IMG/VR virus record: IMGVR_UViG_3300015615_000196
Location: 128,001 to 192,000 of that record
Source of the DNA: a virus
Taxonomy: Duplodnaviria > Caudoviricetes
Direction: 5' to 3' (one strand)
Length of the DNA stretch: 64,000 bases
Shown: piece by piece, positions 1 to 9,815 of the stretch
Layout: every line of letters begins with the position of its first letter
Position numbering within the stretch: position 1 is the first letter of the stretch
Translations under genes and position numbers: made by a program
Notes under the pieces: model-generated
The model's database searches: none
What the model was told of the DNA's origin: nothing
The model's input: the letters and a program-made list of their open reading frames with translations, nothing else

Positions 1-1
1 A

Positions 2-673
2 TGGACTCCTGAACTTGCACAAGACGTGTCAGCGTTCCACAACATTGACGCAGAAGCAGAATTGACTGCCTTGTTATCTGAGCAAATGGCTGCTGAAATC
101 GACCGTGAAATCCTTCGTGATTTGCGTAGAGGTGCAGCGTGGGTAACCCGTTGGGACTACGATGGTCTCCGTAAGCAATCAACTAACTACTACGGTACTC
201 AAAAGGACTGGAACCAGACCTTGATTACCAAGATCAACCAGATCAGTGCACAAATCCACAAGTCAACTCTTCGTGGTGGCGCATCATGGGTAGTAGTATC
301 ACCTGAAATCAGTGCTGTTCTTGATGACTTAGAATACTTCCACGTATCTAACGCATCACCTGAGCAGGACAAGTACAACATGGGTATCGAAAAGATTGGT
401 GTGTTGTCAGGCCGTTACCAAGTGTACCGTGACCCGTATGCACCAGCAAACACCATGTTGGTTGGTCACAAGGGTTCTTCAATCCTTGAAAGCGGTTACA
501 TCTACGCACCATACGTGCCGATGCAATTGACCCCGGTTATGTACAATCCGTTCGACTTCAAGCCGATCAGAGGTATCATGACTCGTTACGCGAAGAAGTT
601 CATCTTAAACCGTTACTACGGTAAGATTCTTTGCGATGGCTTGACCACGTTCGGTATCGGTGACTTGATGTAA
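2..673 (+). CDS. Major capsid protein (T4 gp23-like), C-terminal part, 5'-truncated by the window
   Basis: Frame open from position 2 (WTPELAQDVSAFHNIDAEAELTALLSEQMAAEIDREI...YAPYVPMQ...GIMTRYA), typical of the gp23 C-terminus. Confidence 0.95.
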   Translation, partial: WTPELAQDVSAFHNIDAEAELTALLSEQMAAEIDREILRDLRRGAAWVTRWDYDGLRKQSTNYYGTQKDWNQTLITKINQISAQIHKSTLRGGASWVVVSPEISAVLDDLEYFHVSNASPEQDKYNMGIEKIGVLSGRYQVYRDPYAPANTMLVGHKGSSILESGYIYAPYVPMQLTPVMYNPFDFKPIRGIMTRYAKKFILNRYYGKILCDGLTTFGIGDLM

Positions 674-692
674 TAGTTAAGTAAACTAAATC

Positions 693-725
693 AAAATGGG
701 TTGTGAAAACAACCCATTTTTTTTT
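693..725 (+). terminator. Intrinsic terminator after capsid gene
   Basis: AAAATGGGTTGT-GAAA-ACAACCCATTTT followed by a T-run. Confidence 0.9.
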
Positions 726-771
726 GTCCTCTCAGCCAGAAAAAAGTATTTATAGGTGTAGAAAACTAAAT

Positions 772-1080
772 ATGCTTTTAAATTACATTTACTCATTTGT
801 GTTGTCATTTGCAATGTCATTCGTGACACTTCTTCAAACGGTTGAAGGTATCGATGCTGGCGAAGCTATCAATAGCTTGCGTCAGAATAATGCCGTTGTC
901 GGTATTCTCTACTTCATAGTAGTGGTAGAGGCTACTGTCATCGTAATCCTTTGGAGAAACGTGAACAACTTACAAAAGGAACGTGTAGAAGACCTCAAAG
1001 CACGACTACAGTCGGAAGAGGACTTGAGAAAAGAAATTCAGGAAGTATACGCTAAACTAAATCTTGAAAAGAAACGCTAA
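772..1080 (+). CDS. Small membrane protein with C-terminal coiled coil (holin-like candidate)
   Basis: Two hydrophobic segments; ATG 772 follows the late motif GTATTTATA (746-754). Confidence 0.55.
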   Translation: MLLNYIYSFVLSFAMSFVTLLQTVEGIDAGEAINSLRQNNAVVGILYFIVVVEATVIVILWRNVNNLQKERVEDLKARLQSEEDLRKEIQEVYAKLNLEKKR

Positions 1081-1084
1081 ACCA

Positions 1085-1477
1085 ATGGGCACATTATCAA
1101 CAGACGAAAAATCAAATATCTGGACAAAGATCGGAATGATCGGGTTCATGTTTTTCATAATTGTATTCGTATCATTCAGTTCATGGATTTACTTCAACAA
1201 CAATAATAACGTTGCAATCCGTATTCAAACGGACAATGAAGTAAACAAAGAAAAGACTGCGGTTAATGAGGCTCTTACAAAAACGCTCGTATTAAAAAAC
1301 GATAGTATTACATCGTACAAGACGGAAGTGAAAAAGAAGGATAGTCTTCTTATCAATGAAATCAAGTACTTCAAACAGGAATTAGAAAAGGAAAAACATG
1401 AAAAAGATTCTCTTGTTAATATTCTTCGTCATTTTAAGCAAAGCGACATTCAGCCAGTCAGAAAATCAACCAATTAA
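1085..1477 (+). CDS. Membrane-anchored coiled-coil protein (i-spanin-like candidate)
   Basis: N-terminal TM (IGMIGFMFFIIVFVSFSSWIYF) followed by a helical charged region. Confidence 0.5.
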   Translation: MGTLSTDEKSNIWTKIGMIGFMFFIIVFVSFSSWIYFNNNNNVAIRIQTDNEVNKEKTAVNEALTKTLVLKNDSITSYKTEVKKKDSLLINEIKYFKQELEKEKHEKDSLVNILRHFKQSDIQPVRKSTN

Positions 1478-1895
1478 CAACGACACGGGTGATCTAATCA
1501 TCATGACCAAAGCAAAGCACGAAGCCTTGCGCAGGGACATCGAAGATTACAAGATACTGCTGATCAAGTACCAAAGTCTTAGAATCGAACAAGAAACTCT
1601 TGCTGCTGATTTAGATCGCCAATCAAAGTTATTGGAGTCTAAAGCAGAAAACTTAGAGGCTTCTCGAAAGCGTATTGAGTTTCTTGAAAGTGAAATCAAT
1701 ACTCTCCGTATTCAAATCGAACAACAACAAAAGAAGATCACGGAAATGGATGCCGTGTACAAAAACATCTACCGCAACTACTACGCTGAAAAAGCAAAGG
1801 TATACAGGATGCAAAAAGGACAAGCCAATCTGCGTGTGTGGCAAGGTGCTGCCTTATTCTTTTTCTTCGCAATGTTAATTGTTGGGAGTCAGTAA
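1398..1895 (+). CDS. Secreted coiled-coil protein with C-terminal TM
   Basis: Signal peptide MKKILLLIFFVILSKATFSQ, long heptad region, hydrophobic C-terminus. Confidence 0.6.
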   Translation: MKKILLLIFFVILSKATFSQSENQPINNDTGDLIIMTKAKHEALRRDIEDYKILLIKYQSLRIEQETLAADLDRQSKLLESKAENLEASRKRIEFLESEINTLRIQIEQQQKKITEMDAVYKNIYRNYYAEKAKVYRMQKGQANLRVWQGAALFFFFAMLIVGSQ

Positions 1896-3446
1896 TCAGT
1901 CTCCCATGAACACAGGTTTGCTCGACTTATTAACCTGTGCTTCCAGACGACTAATTCCTTCCGTTTCGGCAATGGAGTGAATGTCATCTTCTCTCCAATC
2001 GTAGTCGTATACCAACTCGTTCTTCGCACGAGTGATTGCAATGTACTTGAGGTTCAATTCCTGCTGGTACATCCAACCTTTCGATACACCCAACGGTATC
2101 TCGTCAGGACGCACGATAAAGACTCTATTAGCTTCCAGACCCTTTGCCTTGTGAACGGTACTCAGGATGATTCCTTCCGTTACGTTATCCTTGAAGATGC
2201 TCAAGATCATGGACTTCAACTCGTTGATCGAATCGACCATTTTCATGAGGAATCGGAGTACGTCAATCTTGTCGGCAAGCAGTACATATCCCGTATGCTC
2301 GTCCACGTTTATAACCCCCGATTTTTGTAGCTTTTCCCTCAGTGCCGAAAGCTGGTTTGTCAGTTTAGCGCCCAATTGGGCAAGGCTCTTTTCCCCCTCA
2401 ATCATGTGAATCAGGTTGACCCCCAAATCACTGCCCTTTATTGAGGCTTTTTTCTTCATTACAAGGAAATTAAAGAACAATCGGATCAGGGGTAGGGTTT
2501 TCCTTGCCAACACGAAATCACCGTCTTCTGCCTCGTCTAAAACGCTTCCAGAGCGCACTATACCATCTACGGCAGTTTCCATAGGTCGAAGGTCTGGAAC
2601 GAGCGTATTGGCCTCTAAAACGATATTCTTGGCACACCTGAACGTAATGGTCAACGGGAGGACTTTGGTATTGGGTAAACGGGTCAAATTCTCGAAAGAA
2701 TGGGTATCGGCTCCCGTGAACGCATAGATCGATTGAAGGTCATCCCCGCAGAAGATAAGACGGGTGGTTGGCTTCCCCGTTGCTTTATCCCATTTGATCA
2801 GTTTCTTGATCAATTCGTGTTGGGCTTTGCAAAGGTCTTGGGCTTCATCCACAAGTACGAAGTCCTGTGGGAACAACCAGATTTTCTTGTCAACACACGG
2901 CAAGTAGACCATATCCGTGAAGTCCATTGTTTTCTTGTCATTGAGCATTTCTTCCAAGATCATGAATGCTCGGTTGGTGTCTTCCAGATCGAACTTGATG
3001 TCATAACGTTCTGCAAGTTCAAGAACACGGTTCTTGTCCAGAGTCAAAGTCAATCGAATAAGATTGAGCATTTGCTTCATGTTGGTCACGTACTCCATTG
3101 GGTTTGCCACTTGCGACATATCCCAATTTTTCATTTGCTTGTTGAGTACTTTGTCTGCTTTGAATTCGTCTACCTCACAGTCTTTGTACTTGCGTTTGAT
3201 CGCAGAGTAACCCAAGCCATGTGAAGTGTAGCAGAATGTTTCAGTCGGGAGTTTGCCTTTCAACTCCATCTGAATGTGTTTGTTGAAGGCTAAGAATGTT
3301 TTTGATTTTCCTTGCGGAAGTATCTTTGCAATATTGACGAGTGTCGTTGTCTTACCTGCACCAGCACGGGCACGAATAACTAAATTGCCATCATCGAATC
3401 TGACCCAATCGTAGATAGCTAACTGTTCTTCTGTGTCTTTGAACAT
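1896..3446 (-). CDS. UvrD/Rep-like superfamily 1 helicase
   Basis: Walker A ARAGAGKTT, VDEAQD, GDDLQSIYAF, STVHKAKGLE, YIAITRAK. Confidence 0.93.
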   Translation of the reverse strand: MFKDTEEQLAIYDWVRFDDGNLVIRARAGAGKTTTLVNIAKILPQGKSKTFLAFNKHIQMELKGKLPTETFCYTSHGLGYSAIKRKYKDCEVDEFKADKVLNKQMKNWDMSQVANPMEYVTNMKQMLNLIRLTLTLDKNRVLELAERYDIKFDLEDTNRAFMILEEMLNDKKTMDFTDMVYLPCVDKKIWLFPQDFVLVDEAQDLCKAQHELIKKLIKWDKATGKPTTRLIFCGDDLQSIYAFTGADTHSFENLTRLPNTKVLPLTITFRCAKNIVLEANTLVPDLRPMETAVDGIVRSGSVLDEAEDGDFVLARKTLPLIRLFFNFLVMKKKASIKGSDLGVNLIHMIEGEKSLAQLGAKLTNQLSALREKLQKSGVINVDEHTGYVLLADKIDVLRFLMKMVDSINELKSMILSIFKDNVTEGIILSTVHKAKGLEANRVFIVRPDEIPLGVSKGWMYQQELNLKYIAITRAKNELVYDYDWREDDIHSIAETEGISRLEAQVNKSSKPVFMGD

Positions 3447-3601
3447 CTTCGTACTTGTATTTATCGAATTTCTTAATTAATTTTTTAATGCTGGCTTTTG
3501 TGTGTCCGGGGAAGCAATCCTTTATTCTCGCATAGCCCCTACGCTTAACTGTCCAGTTGAGATAAATATACGTAAGTTCGTAGTAAAAGTTGCGGAGACG
3601 C

Positions 3602-3817
3602 TTAAATTTTTTGGTGCGCTTTTTGAAATTCCGCATATATTGATCTGTAGTCACCATTGAGGTAATCATTCTTGGCAAGCCATTTAAATACGTCTTCTAT
3701 ATCGAATCCGTTAACGGCTTTTGTTATTTTTTCTCTTTGGTTTGGTGAGACGTTTTTCCATTCATGACCACATTCGCAAGGGGTCATCCAACATTCGGGA
3801 CAGTCTGATAGTGCCAT
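3602..3817 (-). CDS. Small hypothetical protein with a CxxC...CxC putative Zn motif
   Basis: CPECWMTPCECGH; part of the minus-strand gene run. Confidence 0.6.
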   Translation of the reverse strand: MALSDCPECWMTPCECGHEWKNVSPNQREKITKAVNGFDIEDVFKWLAKNDYLNGDYRSIYAEFQKAHQKI

Positions 3818-3824
3818 AACTTAT

Positions 3825-4310
3825 TTAAATTTCTTTCCAATGTTCATTGTCAACACCACCCTGTAACTCGAAGACTTGCCCGGTCTGAATGACCTTGACT
3901 CGCAGTCCTTCTTTACGTGTAAAAATTTGATCATCGTAGATGATTCCGTTATAGTTTAAACCATCACGTTCTTCAAGAGTGAGAACACTGATGTCGAAAT
4001 TTTTGTTAATTAATCTGTCAGCAATTCCGAACAATTCAAATTGTTCTTTGATCGTAACGGCAAAGATGTTTCCTAATCTTGTGATCTCTCGTTCAAGATG
4101 CTTGAGTCGTTCAAGTTCTTCTGGTGGTAGTGGTCGTCTTTTCGGATTCTCTTCGTGAAGATCAATCGTAGAAGTAACTACACTACGAGCCATTTCCAAT
4201 GCCATGAACTTATGCTCAACAAAGGACATTTCTTTTTCGGTTCCGTCTACCGGAGTAATATACGGACGACCGTCCGTGTTAATCTCTATGTCGTACTTAA
4301 AATTAAACAT
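3825..4310 (-). CDS. Hypothetical protein
   Basis: 161 aa ORF tightly packed in the minus-strand operon. Confidence 0.7.
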   Translation of the reverse strand: MFNFKYDIEINTDGRPYITPVDGTEKEMSFVEHKFMALEMARSVVTSTIDLHEENPKRRPLPPEELERLKHLEREITRLGNIFAVTIKEQFELFGIADRLINKNFDISVLTLEERDGLNYNGIIYDDQIFTRKEGLRVKVIQTGQVFELQGGVDNEHWKEI

Positions 4311-4521
4311 CCTTCATTTTGTTTTTGTATAGAATTATCTTGTGGCAGATTTCATAGTTTTCCAGTCGTTCGTGGAACGAAAGAAGCCTGTCAACCAGAC
4401 CATTACTCATAGCATGGGTCAAAGTCACCTTTTCGAAGTTTTCAAGTTCGAAAACCATAAAACGTGTTGCTACCCAATTAAAATTTTCTTGCAATGCAAC
4501 GCTTTCCGGCAGAACTACCAT
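4303..4521 (-). CDS. Small hypothetical protein
   Basis: 72 aa ORF overlapping the next gene by 8 nt. Confidence 0.5.
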   Translation of the reverse strand: MVVLPESVALQENFNWVATRFMVFELENFEKVTLTHAMSNGLVDRLLSFHERLENYEICHKIILYKNKMKDV

Positions 4522-4556
4522 TATGAATTGTCAGTATTTATGTAAAAGTAGGAATT

Positions 4557-5675
4557 ATGCCTCAGATTACAAAAGCCGACAAGCAAAAACTTTACCTTCA
4601 AATCAAGCACGAATTGGGCTATCCCAAGAGACCGTTTGAGTTGGATGAACCGATGATGGATTCATATTACGAAATGGCCGTTGAAGACTACAGTAGCATT
4701 GTCAATCAGTGGTTAATCGAGCAACAGTGGGTTAGTTTACAAGGTCTCCAAGTTGATAGCGCAAACTTCATCGATGCGTACACAAACAAGAACAATGATT
4801 TCATGCGTAGTTTCACCTACGCCTATTCAAAGCAAGTTGGCTTGGGTACGAACGCTCCGTCAGGAGAAACTTGGCATTTGAAGAAAGACTTCGTAGTCAT
4901 TTCTGCTGACACACAAGTATATTCAATTCCTGCTGGACGTGAAGTTAACGAAGTTCTTTGGGTAACACCACCACAAATTGATAGTGGTCTTGTTGATCCG
5001 TTTGCACTTACGAACTGGTCACCGGGAACTTACGGTTGGTCATACTTAGGTAGACCCGCCAGCTATATGCAGCCAACGTATTCCTTGTTGCTTTCAGCAC
5101 AGGATCGTCATACAAAGAAAAGAATTCTTCAATCAGAACTTACCTACCGTATCACTGGTGGCCCTAACGGAACAAAACTTTTGTACTTGTATCCAATTCC
5201 GGGAGATCGCGCAGAGATTACTAATGGTTGGGGTAAACATTTTGAAGGAGCCAAAGTATGGTACTTCTACTACGATGTGAATAACAAGGGTAGAAAGAAA
5301 TGTCTTGAAAATAACAGTGACATTATTAAACTTCCGAGCGATGCGCCAATCAATACTTTGAAGTGGAAGACAATCAACAGTGTTGCAAGAACCAACATTC
5401 GTGACTTGCTCATTTCAAGAGTTAAAATCAATCTTGGTAATATCAGAGGTTTCTACAGTGGTGACATCGGTGCAACAACCAAGCAACTTACTTTGGACTA
5501 CCGTATGCTTATCGAGCAGGGTGAAACGTTGAAAGAACAAGTTCGTACATCGATCTTAGAATCGTTGACTAAACTTTCTCTTGTACAACTTACCAGAGAT
5601 CGTGCAGAAATTGCTGCAAACGTAAACAAAGAAAGAGGCTTCCAGCCTGTAGATCACGCAATCATTACTTTGTAA
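4557..5675 (+). CDS. Neck protein (T4 gp13-like)
   Basis: N-terminus LYLQIKHELGYPKRPFELDE...AVEDY resembles gp13; late motif at 4534-4541. Confidence 0.75.
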   Translation: MPQITKADKQKLYLQIKHELGYPKRPFELDEPMMDSYYEMAVEDYSSIVNQWLIEQQWVSLQGLQVDSANFIDAYTNKNNDFMRSFTYAYSKQVGLGTNAPSGETWHLKKDFVVISADTQVYSIPAGREVNEVLWVTPPQIDSGLVDPFALTNWSPGTYGWSYLGRPASYMQPTYSLLLSAQDRHTKKRILQSELTYRITGGPNGTKLLYLYPIPGDRAEITNGWGKHFEGAKVWYFYYDVNNKGRKKCLENNSDIIKLPSDAPINTLKWKTINSVARTNIRDLLISRVKINLGNIRGFYSGDIGATTKQLTLDYRMLIEQGETLKEQVRTSILESLTKLSLVQLTRDRAEIAANVNKERGFQPVDHAIITL

Positions 5676-5676
5676 T

Positions 5677-6213
5677 ATGCCAAAGTCGAAGAAAGACCAT
5701 ATTGATTTTGAAGACGACAGATATGGATTATTCATGTCGGAGAACAGTTACGATCTTGACGTTATGTACGGTAGAGAGTATTTGAAGACTGATAGTCCAT
5801 TCTATGTGAACTACTACAAAGTAAACGTGTTGGAGTCTAAAGTTGATGACCTGTACGGTGAATCAAAACCTACAGACAAAAAATTCTTCCCGCCAATCAA
5901 ATTGAATGTGATGATGGACATCACCGAAGGAAACGAAAAATTTTTCAGTGAAAGTGGCGTGTTGAGAGACGATGTGGGCAATCTTGTATTCGGTGTCTTC
6001 TTTGAAGAATTGAAAGAGAAACAAATTGAGATTGTTCTCGGAGACTTTGTTTCTATTAACGTAGGCAGCAGAGAAAGATTCTTCGAAATCTCTGACCCGA
6101 ATTACGTAAGTGACGATACTACCAAATCAAGAGGTGGTTTCAGAAACGACTACTGGAAATCTATTGAGGCAACTCCTGTGAAGGAGGACGTTGTTCCTGA
6201 GATAATGAATTAA
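5677..6213 (+). CDS. Head completion/neck protein (T4 gp14-like)
   Basis: Follows the gp13-like gene; DDLYGES...KKF motif. Confidence 0.65.
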   Translation: MPKSKKDHIDFEDDRYGLFMSENSYDLDVMYGREYLKTDSPFYVNYYKVNVLESKVDDLYGESKPTDKKFFPPIKLNVMMDITEGNEKFFSESGVLRDDVGNLVFGVFFEELKEKQIEIVLGDFVSINVGSRERFFEISDPNYVSDDTTKSRGGFRNDYWKSIEATPVKEDVVPEIMN

Positions 6214-6475
6214 TCTTCGGTATTAATTTTTCGTGACGAATACGTTCGAGTTCTCGAACGATATATTGATGCTGCTCTTTGGAGTGGATGTTCAAATCCT
6301 TTGCATACTTTATGTACATGTCAAGAGTGAATTCTAAGAATTCGAGTTCTTTCTTAGAAAGAAAATTTGCTTGCTCCTGAAACTGTTGAAGTTTCTTCTT
6401 GAAGCGTATAGCATACAAGAACAACCCAACACTTAAAAGAACAAGCAATCCACATATTGCCCATGCAAGTATCAT
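6161..6475 (-). CDS. Small membrane-anchored hypothetical protein
   Basis: N-terminal TM helix; directly downstream of thyX. Confidence 0.6.
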   Translation of the reverse strand: MILAWAICGLLVLLSVGLFLYAIRFKKKLQQFQEQANFLSKKELEFLEFTLDMYIKYAKDLNIHSKEQHQYIVRELERIRHEKLIPKINSLSQEQRPPSQELPQ

Positions 6476-6476
6476 T

Positions 6477-7448
6477 TTATTTTACCAATACTCGTGCATC
6501 TTTTCGGTTTTCGTTGGCGAAGATTTTACGATATTGAAGGAAGCCTCTGAAATTTCCTGACCATCCCCACGTACCTTCTTCTCCGTCATCAGCATTGAAT
6601 GAGGAATCAAATGCGAATTCGTAATCGCTCATTGATCTTCCGCAGTGTTCCATCGGAGACCAGTGACCAGAAGAAACAAGACGATCATGAAGTTTAATAT
6701 CGTTCTCGTAGTTATCTGGTTTTCCTTCTTCTCCCACTACCGTGTACGAAATTCTTGCGCAACGAGCAGAAGCAATCTTCAATCGAATTTCATCGACCAG
6801 TTCTTTGTGTCGTTCGCTACCGTATGCCCAACGTAACGGCTCACCGTATTCTTTGGTAAGAATTGCGGTAATCATTTCTTCATCGATCTTATCACCGAAT
6901 GGAATGTGCCATTCACCCGGTTGCAAAATCTTAGGTTCAGATACGTTGTAGGCTGCAAGCATTTCTTCTGCCAACTTCTGAATGTGAATGTCAGCAAACT
7001 CACTTGCGCGAAGTGCATAATAGTTTTCCCATTCCGTTGCAGTCACGATTACCGTGTGCCACATGTAGGGTTCAAGAACTCTATTTGCAATTTGTTTTGT
7101 CACACCCAATGATCCGTTTAGAATTTCGGCATGGGTTGCAGCACTGTCTCTCGCTTGAAGCCAAGCATCAACACGCACATCAACATCGGCAGGATAATTC
7201 CAATATTCATTCCCCTGCATACCGGGATGATCTTTCATCCACTTGAGGGGAATGAATGGGTTCTCTTTCACAGCCTGTATCATTTTCTTAAATGGTATTG
7301 CTCTGGAAGAAGCACTGTTACGTGTAAACATTCTGTGAGTGTTGAACTCAGCAAGAATGTACCGGGGGAAAGTTATGACGAAAGTCGTGAGTCTGTTGCC
7401 GAATTGATTCTTAGAATCGGCAACAATTTGTGCACTTATCTTAGTCAT
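6477..7448 (-). CDS. thyX: Flavin-dependent thymidylate synthase
   Basis: AEFNTHRMFTRNSASSRAIP (ThyX motif), ARCARISY, HWSPMEH. Confidence 0.9.
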   Translation of the reverse strand: MTKISAQIVADSKNQFGNRLTTFVITFPRYILAEFNTHRMFTRNSASSRAIPFKKMIQAVKENPFIPLKWMKDHPGMQGNEYWNYPADVDVRVDAWLQARDSAATHAEILNGSLGVTKQIANRVLEPYMWHTVIVTATEWENYYALRASEFADIHIQKLAEEMLAAYNVSEPKILQPGEWHIPFGDKIDEEMITAILTKEYGEPLRWAYGSERHKELVDEIRLKIASARCARISYTVVGEEGKPDNYENDIKLHDRLVSSGHWSPMEHCGRSMSDYEFAFDSSFNADDGEEGTWGWSGNFRGFLQYRKIFANENRKDARVLVK

Positions 7449-7457
7449 CAAAAGTAG

Positions 7458-8651
7458 TTACTTGTAAAATGATTTCCTGTACTCGATTAGAGCATGGTTC
7501 AGATACTCGTAGTCAGGAACTTCCGGCAAGTTACTATTTTTGTACAACTCAGGCAAATCTTTCATGATTTTTTCGGCATAGGCCATTGCATCCTCATATT
7601 CCACCAATCCGTACTTAATATCCATCAAGAATTGGCGGTCGTGAGTACGCTCCAAAATAAGCCCTTTACCTTCTCCGATCTCTTTGGCAACGCTCAACAG
7701 ACGAACGCAATGGGAGATATTTTTCGTATCGTAATTTTGCTTGAGGTTATTGTTGTAACGCTCAGGGTTACGATGCTTCACCCAATGCCAGTATTGTTCG
7801 TAATCTTTGCAATGCTTAATGTATCCATCCTTGTTATAAGAAATGTTACCAAGAAACATTACTTCACCAGAAGGAATTGATTCCATCTTAGGAACGGACG
7901 AAAGACGAATCTCGTTGGAGTCTTCCAGTTCAATTCCTTTGAATCCGTAACCCATCGGCTTGCCTTGTGATCTACGAAGTTCTTTAATTTGTTCGACTTC
8001 TTGTGCAGGGACTTTGCCACTGAACAGTTCGTCAGAAACTACATCGTAGTAAAGAGCATATGAATCTCTTGCGTTTGCAAGGTTAACAACCCCGCAAAAC
8101 TTTTGATCCATAGTATGCTTTGCCAGCCACTTGCGGAGATCAAGAGTTTTTCCACCATCCATCAGTGAGCAGAAATCAAGAGGGGTCTTGCGTTCTTCAC
8201 CAACAGGGTTGACAATCTTTTTGTTAAGACCACGAGCCTTCTTGATTTGTGCAATAGCGTAATCACCAAAAGACTTCTCACACTTCCTTGAAAGGATGCG
8301 TGACATATCAAGTTGAAATGGAAGATCAACCATTGTCTTCTTAATCGCAACTGATAGTTCAAGTACGTTTGGATTGTTTGCGTTCAGAAGTTCGATGAAC
8401 TTTCCAATCTCCATATAGGTGATGTCATTGTCTTCCGGTTGTTCTTTTACCACCACGTCCTTGAAGTCGGCTTCGATACGGTGATGTAGTGAAAAGAAAT
8501 CATCCTTGTGAAGATAGAAGATACCGTACATGTCAATGTCGGATTTCTCGTTGTGAAGGTTAAAAGCATGACTGCCGATAACCGCCTCAGCGATAATCAG
8601 GTTGTTCTCCCGAATGAACTTCTGGTTATATTTATTTTTTAGATACGTCAT
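7458..8651 (-). CDS. Pol-beta superfamily nucleotidyltransferase (RlaP/YcgL-like)
   Basis: GSHAFNLHNEKSDIDMYGIF (GS...DxD), NPNVLE, YDTKNISHCVRLL. Confidence 0.85.
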   Translation of the reverse strand: MTYLKNKYNQKFIRENNLIIAEAVIGSHAFNLHNEKSDIDMYGIFYLHKDDFFSLHHRIEADFKDVVVKEQPEDNDITYMEIGKFIELLNANNPNVLELSVAIKKTMVDLPFQLDMSRILSRKCEKSFGDYAIAQIKKARGLNKKIVNPVGEERKTPLDFCSLMDGGKTLDLRKWLAKHTMDQKFCGVVNLANARDSYALYYDVVSDELFSGKVPAQEVEQIKELRRSQGKPMGYGFKGIELEDSNEIRLSSVPKMESIPSGEVMFLGNISYNKDGYIKHCKDYEQYWHWVKHRNPERYNNNLKQNYDTKNISHCVRLLSVAKEIGEGKGLILERTHDRQFLMDIKYGLVEYEDAMAYAEKIMKDLPELYKNSNLPEVPDYEYLNHALIEYRKSFYK

Positions 8652-8853
8652 GTTTTATTCTCGATACGAATATTTTGCTTTTGATCTGACAGGCGTTACA
8701 CTGAAAGAACCAACGAACATAGTGGACAGCTTTAAACAATTTTGGTCGTGGTGTTGGGTCTTTAACTTGTAGCCAATGTCCTTTGCAATCTCCGCAGATT
8801 ACATCCGCAGGTTCAAACTCTTCTACCTTAACCGTTGTTGTCGTTCCGCTCAC
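8632..8853 (-). CDS. Small Zn-ribbon-like protein
   Basis: CGDC...CNAC. Confidence 0.55.
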   Translation of the reverse strand: MSGTTTTVKVEEFEPADVICGDCKGHWLQVKDPTPRPKLFKAVHYVRWFFQCNACQIKSKIFVSRIKHDVSKK

Positions 8854-9277
8854 TTACTTCGTCTTTTCCTTTTAAAATTACTTCCTCACTTATTTTGTAT
8901 GCAAGAACTGCTTCCTGTTCGTAGTGCTTGATTGTGAAGTCAATGATCTTCTCGATTTCACTTCTGGTGCATTTGATTCGACAAGGAATCATCCTGTCTT
9001 TGAATCTCCTGCTGTCCGGGCTTACCCACTCTCCCTTTGCCGTCTTCATTACGGTAAGACCACCAGAAATGGTGATTACGAACTCGTCCCACTGCTTATG
9101 ATGTTCATACGTAAATTCCTGACTTTTGTTGGAGGCAGGGACTAAAATTTCCCACATTTTTTGTTTGACCTTTTCAGCACCCTTTTCCTTCACCTTGATT
9201 TTGTACTTGGTCAAGAAATACGTAGCCAATCCCATCATCAGCACGTAGGCAATAAAATCGTGGTTAATTGCTTCCAT
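8828..9277 (-). CDS. Hypothetical protein with N-terminal TM
   Basis: Likely start MEAINHDF overlapping the end of the upstream gene. Confidence 0.6.
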   Translation of the reverse strand: MEAINHDFIAYVLMMGLATYFLTKYKIKVKEKGAEKVKQKMWEILVPASNKSQEFTYEHHKQWDEFVITISGGLTVMKTAKGEWVSPDSRRFKDRMIPCRIKCTRSEIEKIIDFTIKHYEQEAVLAYKISEEVILKGKDEVSERNDNNG

Positions 9278-9815
9278 CGAACATGTAATCAATGTAGTCA
9301 AACATTTCTTTGTAGTCTTCGTTATACACCTGAGCCTTGAAGTGAGGATGCTCTTTCTTGTACATATCAGCTTTGCCTTTGAACTCGATGTTTGCAATAC
9401 GGTCGCAAAGTTTTACGAACGTAGCACCTTCCGTTTCACGGATGTCTTTGTAAATGAAGTCAGGCATTCTTTCTTCACGGTTACGACCGCGAGTGTAGTT
9501 TGTTACTGCACGAACGATTTCAGCGACCGGAATAGAATTCAATGCCTTCTTAACATCATTGTACGACAACCTTGCATCCTCAATTGAATCATGCAACCAG
9601 CAAGCAGCAATAACAATCGGACGTAAATGGAGCGGAATCAAATGGATGAAACGATACGCCACATCAACCACATGGGAAAGGTGGATCGTATACGATGCAT
9701 CACCGTACATATGGTTTGTATCATTGTGTCCCTTCGTTGCAAGCACGATGGCTTTCAGCACCATCGCACCGTGCTGTTTCGGAAGGAATGTCAAATTGTT
9801 TTCAACAGTATTCAT
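9264..9815 (-). CDS. HD-domain phosphohydrolase (Mesh1/small alarmone hydrolase-like)
   Basis: YTIHLSHV, ACWLHDSIED, VKLCDRIAN. Confidence 0.85.
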   Translation of the reverse strand: MNTVENNLTFLPKQHGAMVLKAIVLATKGHNDTNHMYGDASYTIHLSHVVDVAYRFIHLIPLHLRPIVIAACWLHDSIEDARLSYNDVKKALNSIPVAEIVRAVTNYTRGRNREERMPDFIYKDIRETEGATFVKLCDRIANIEFKGKADMYKKEHPHFKAQVYNEDYKEMFDYIDYMFDGSN

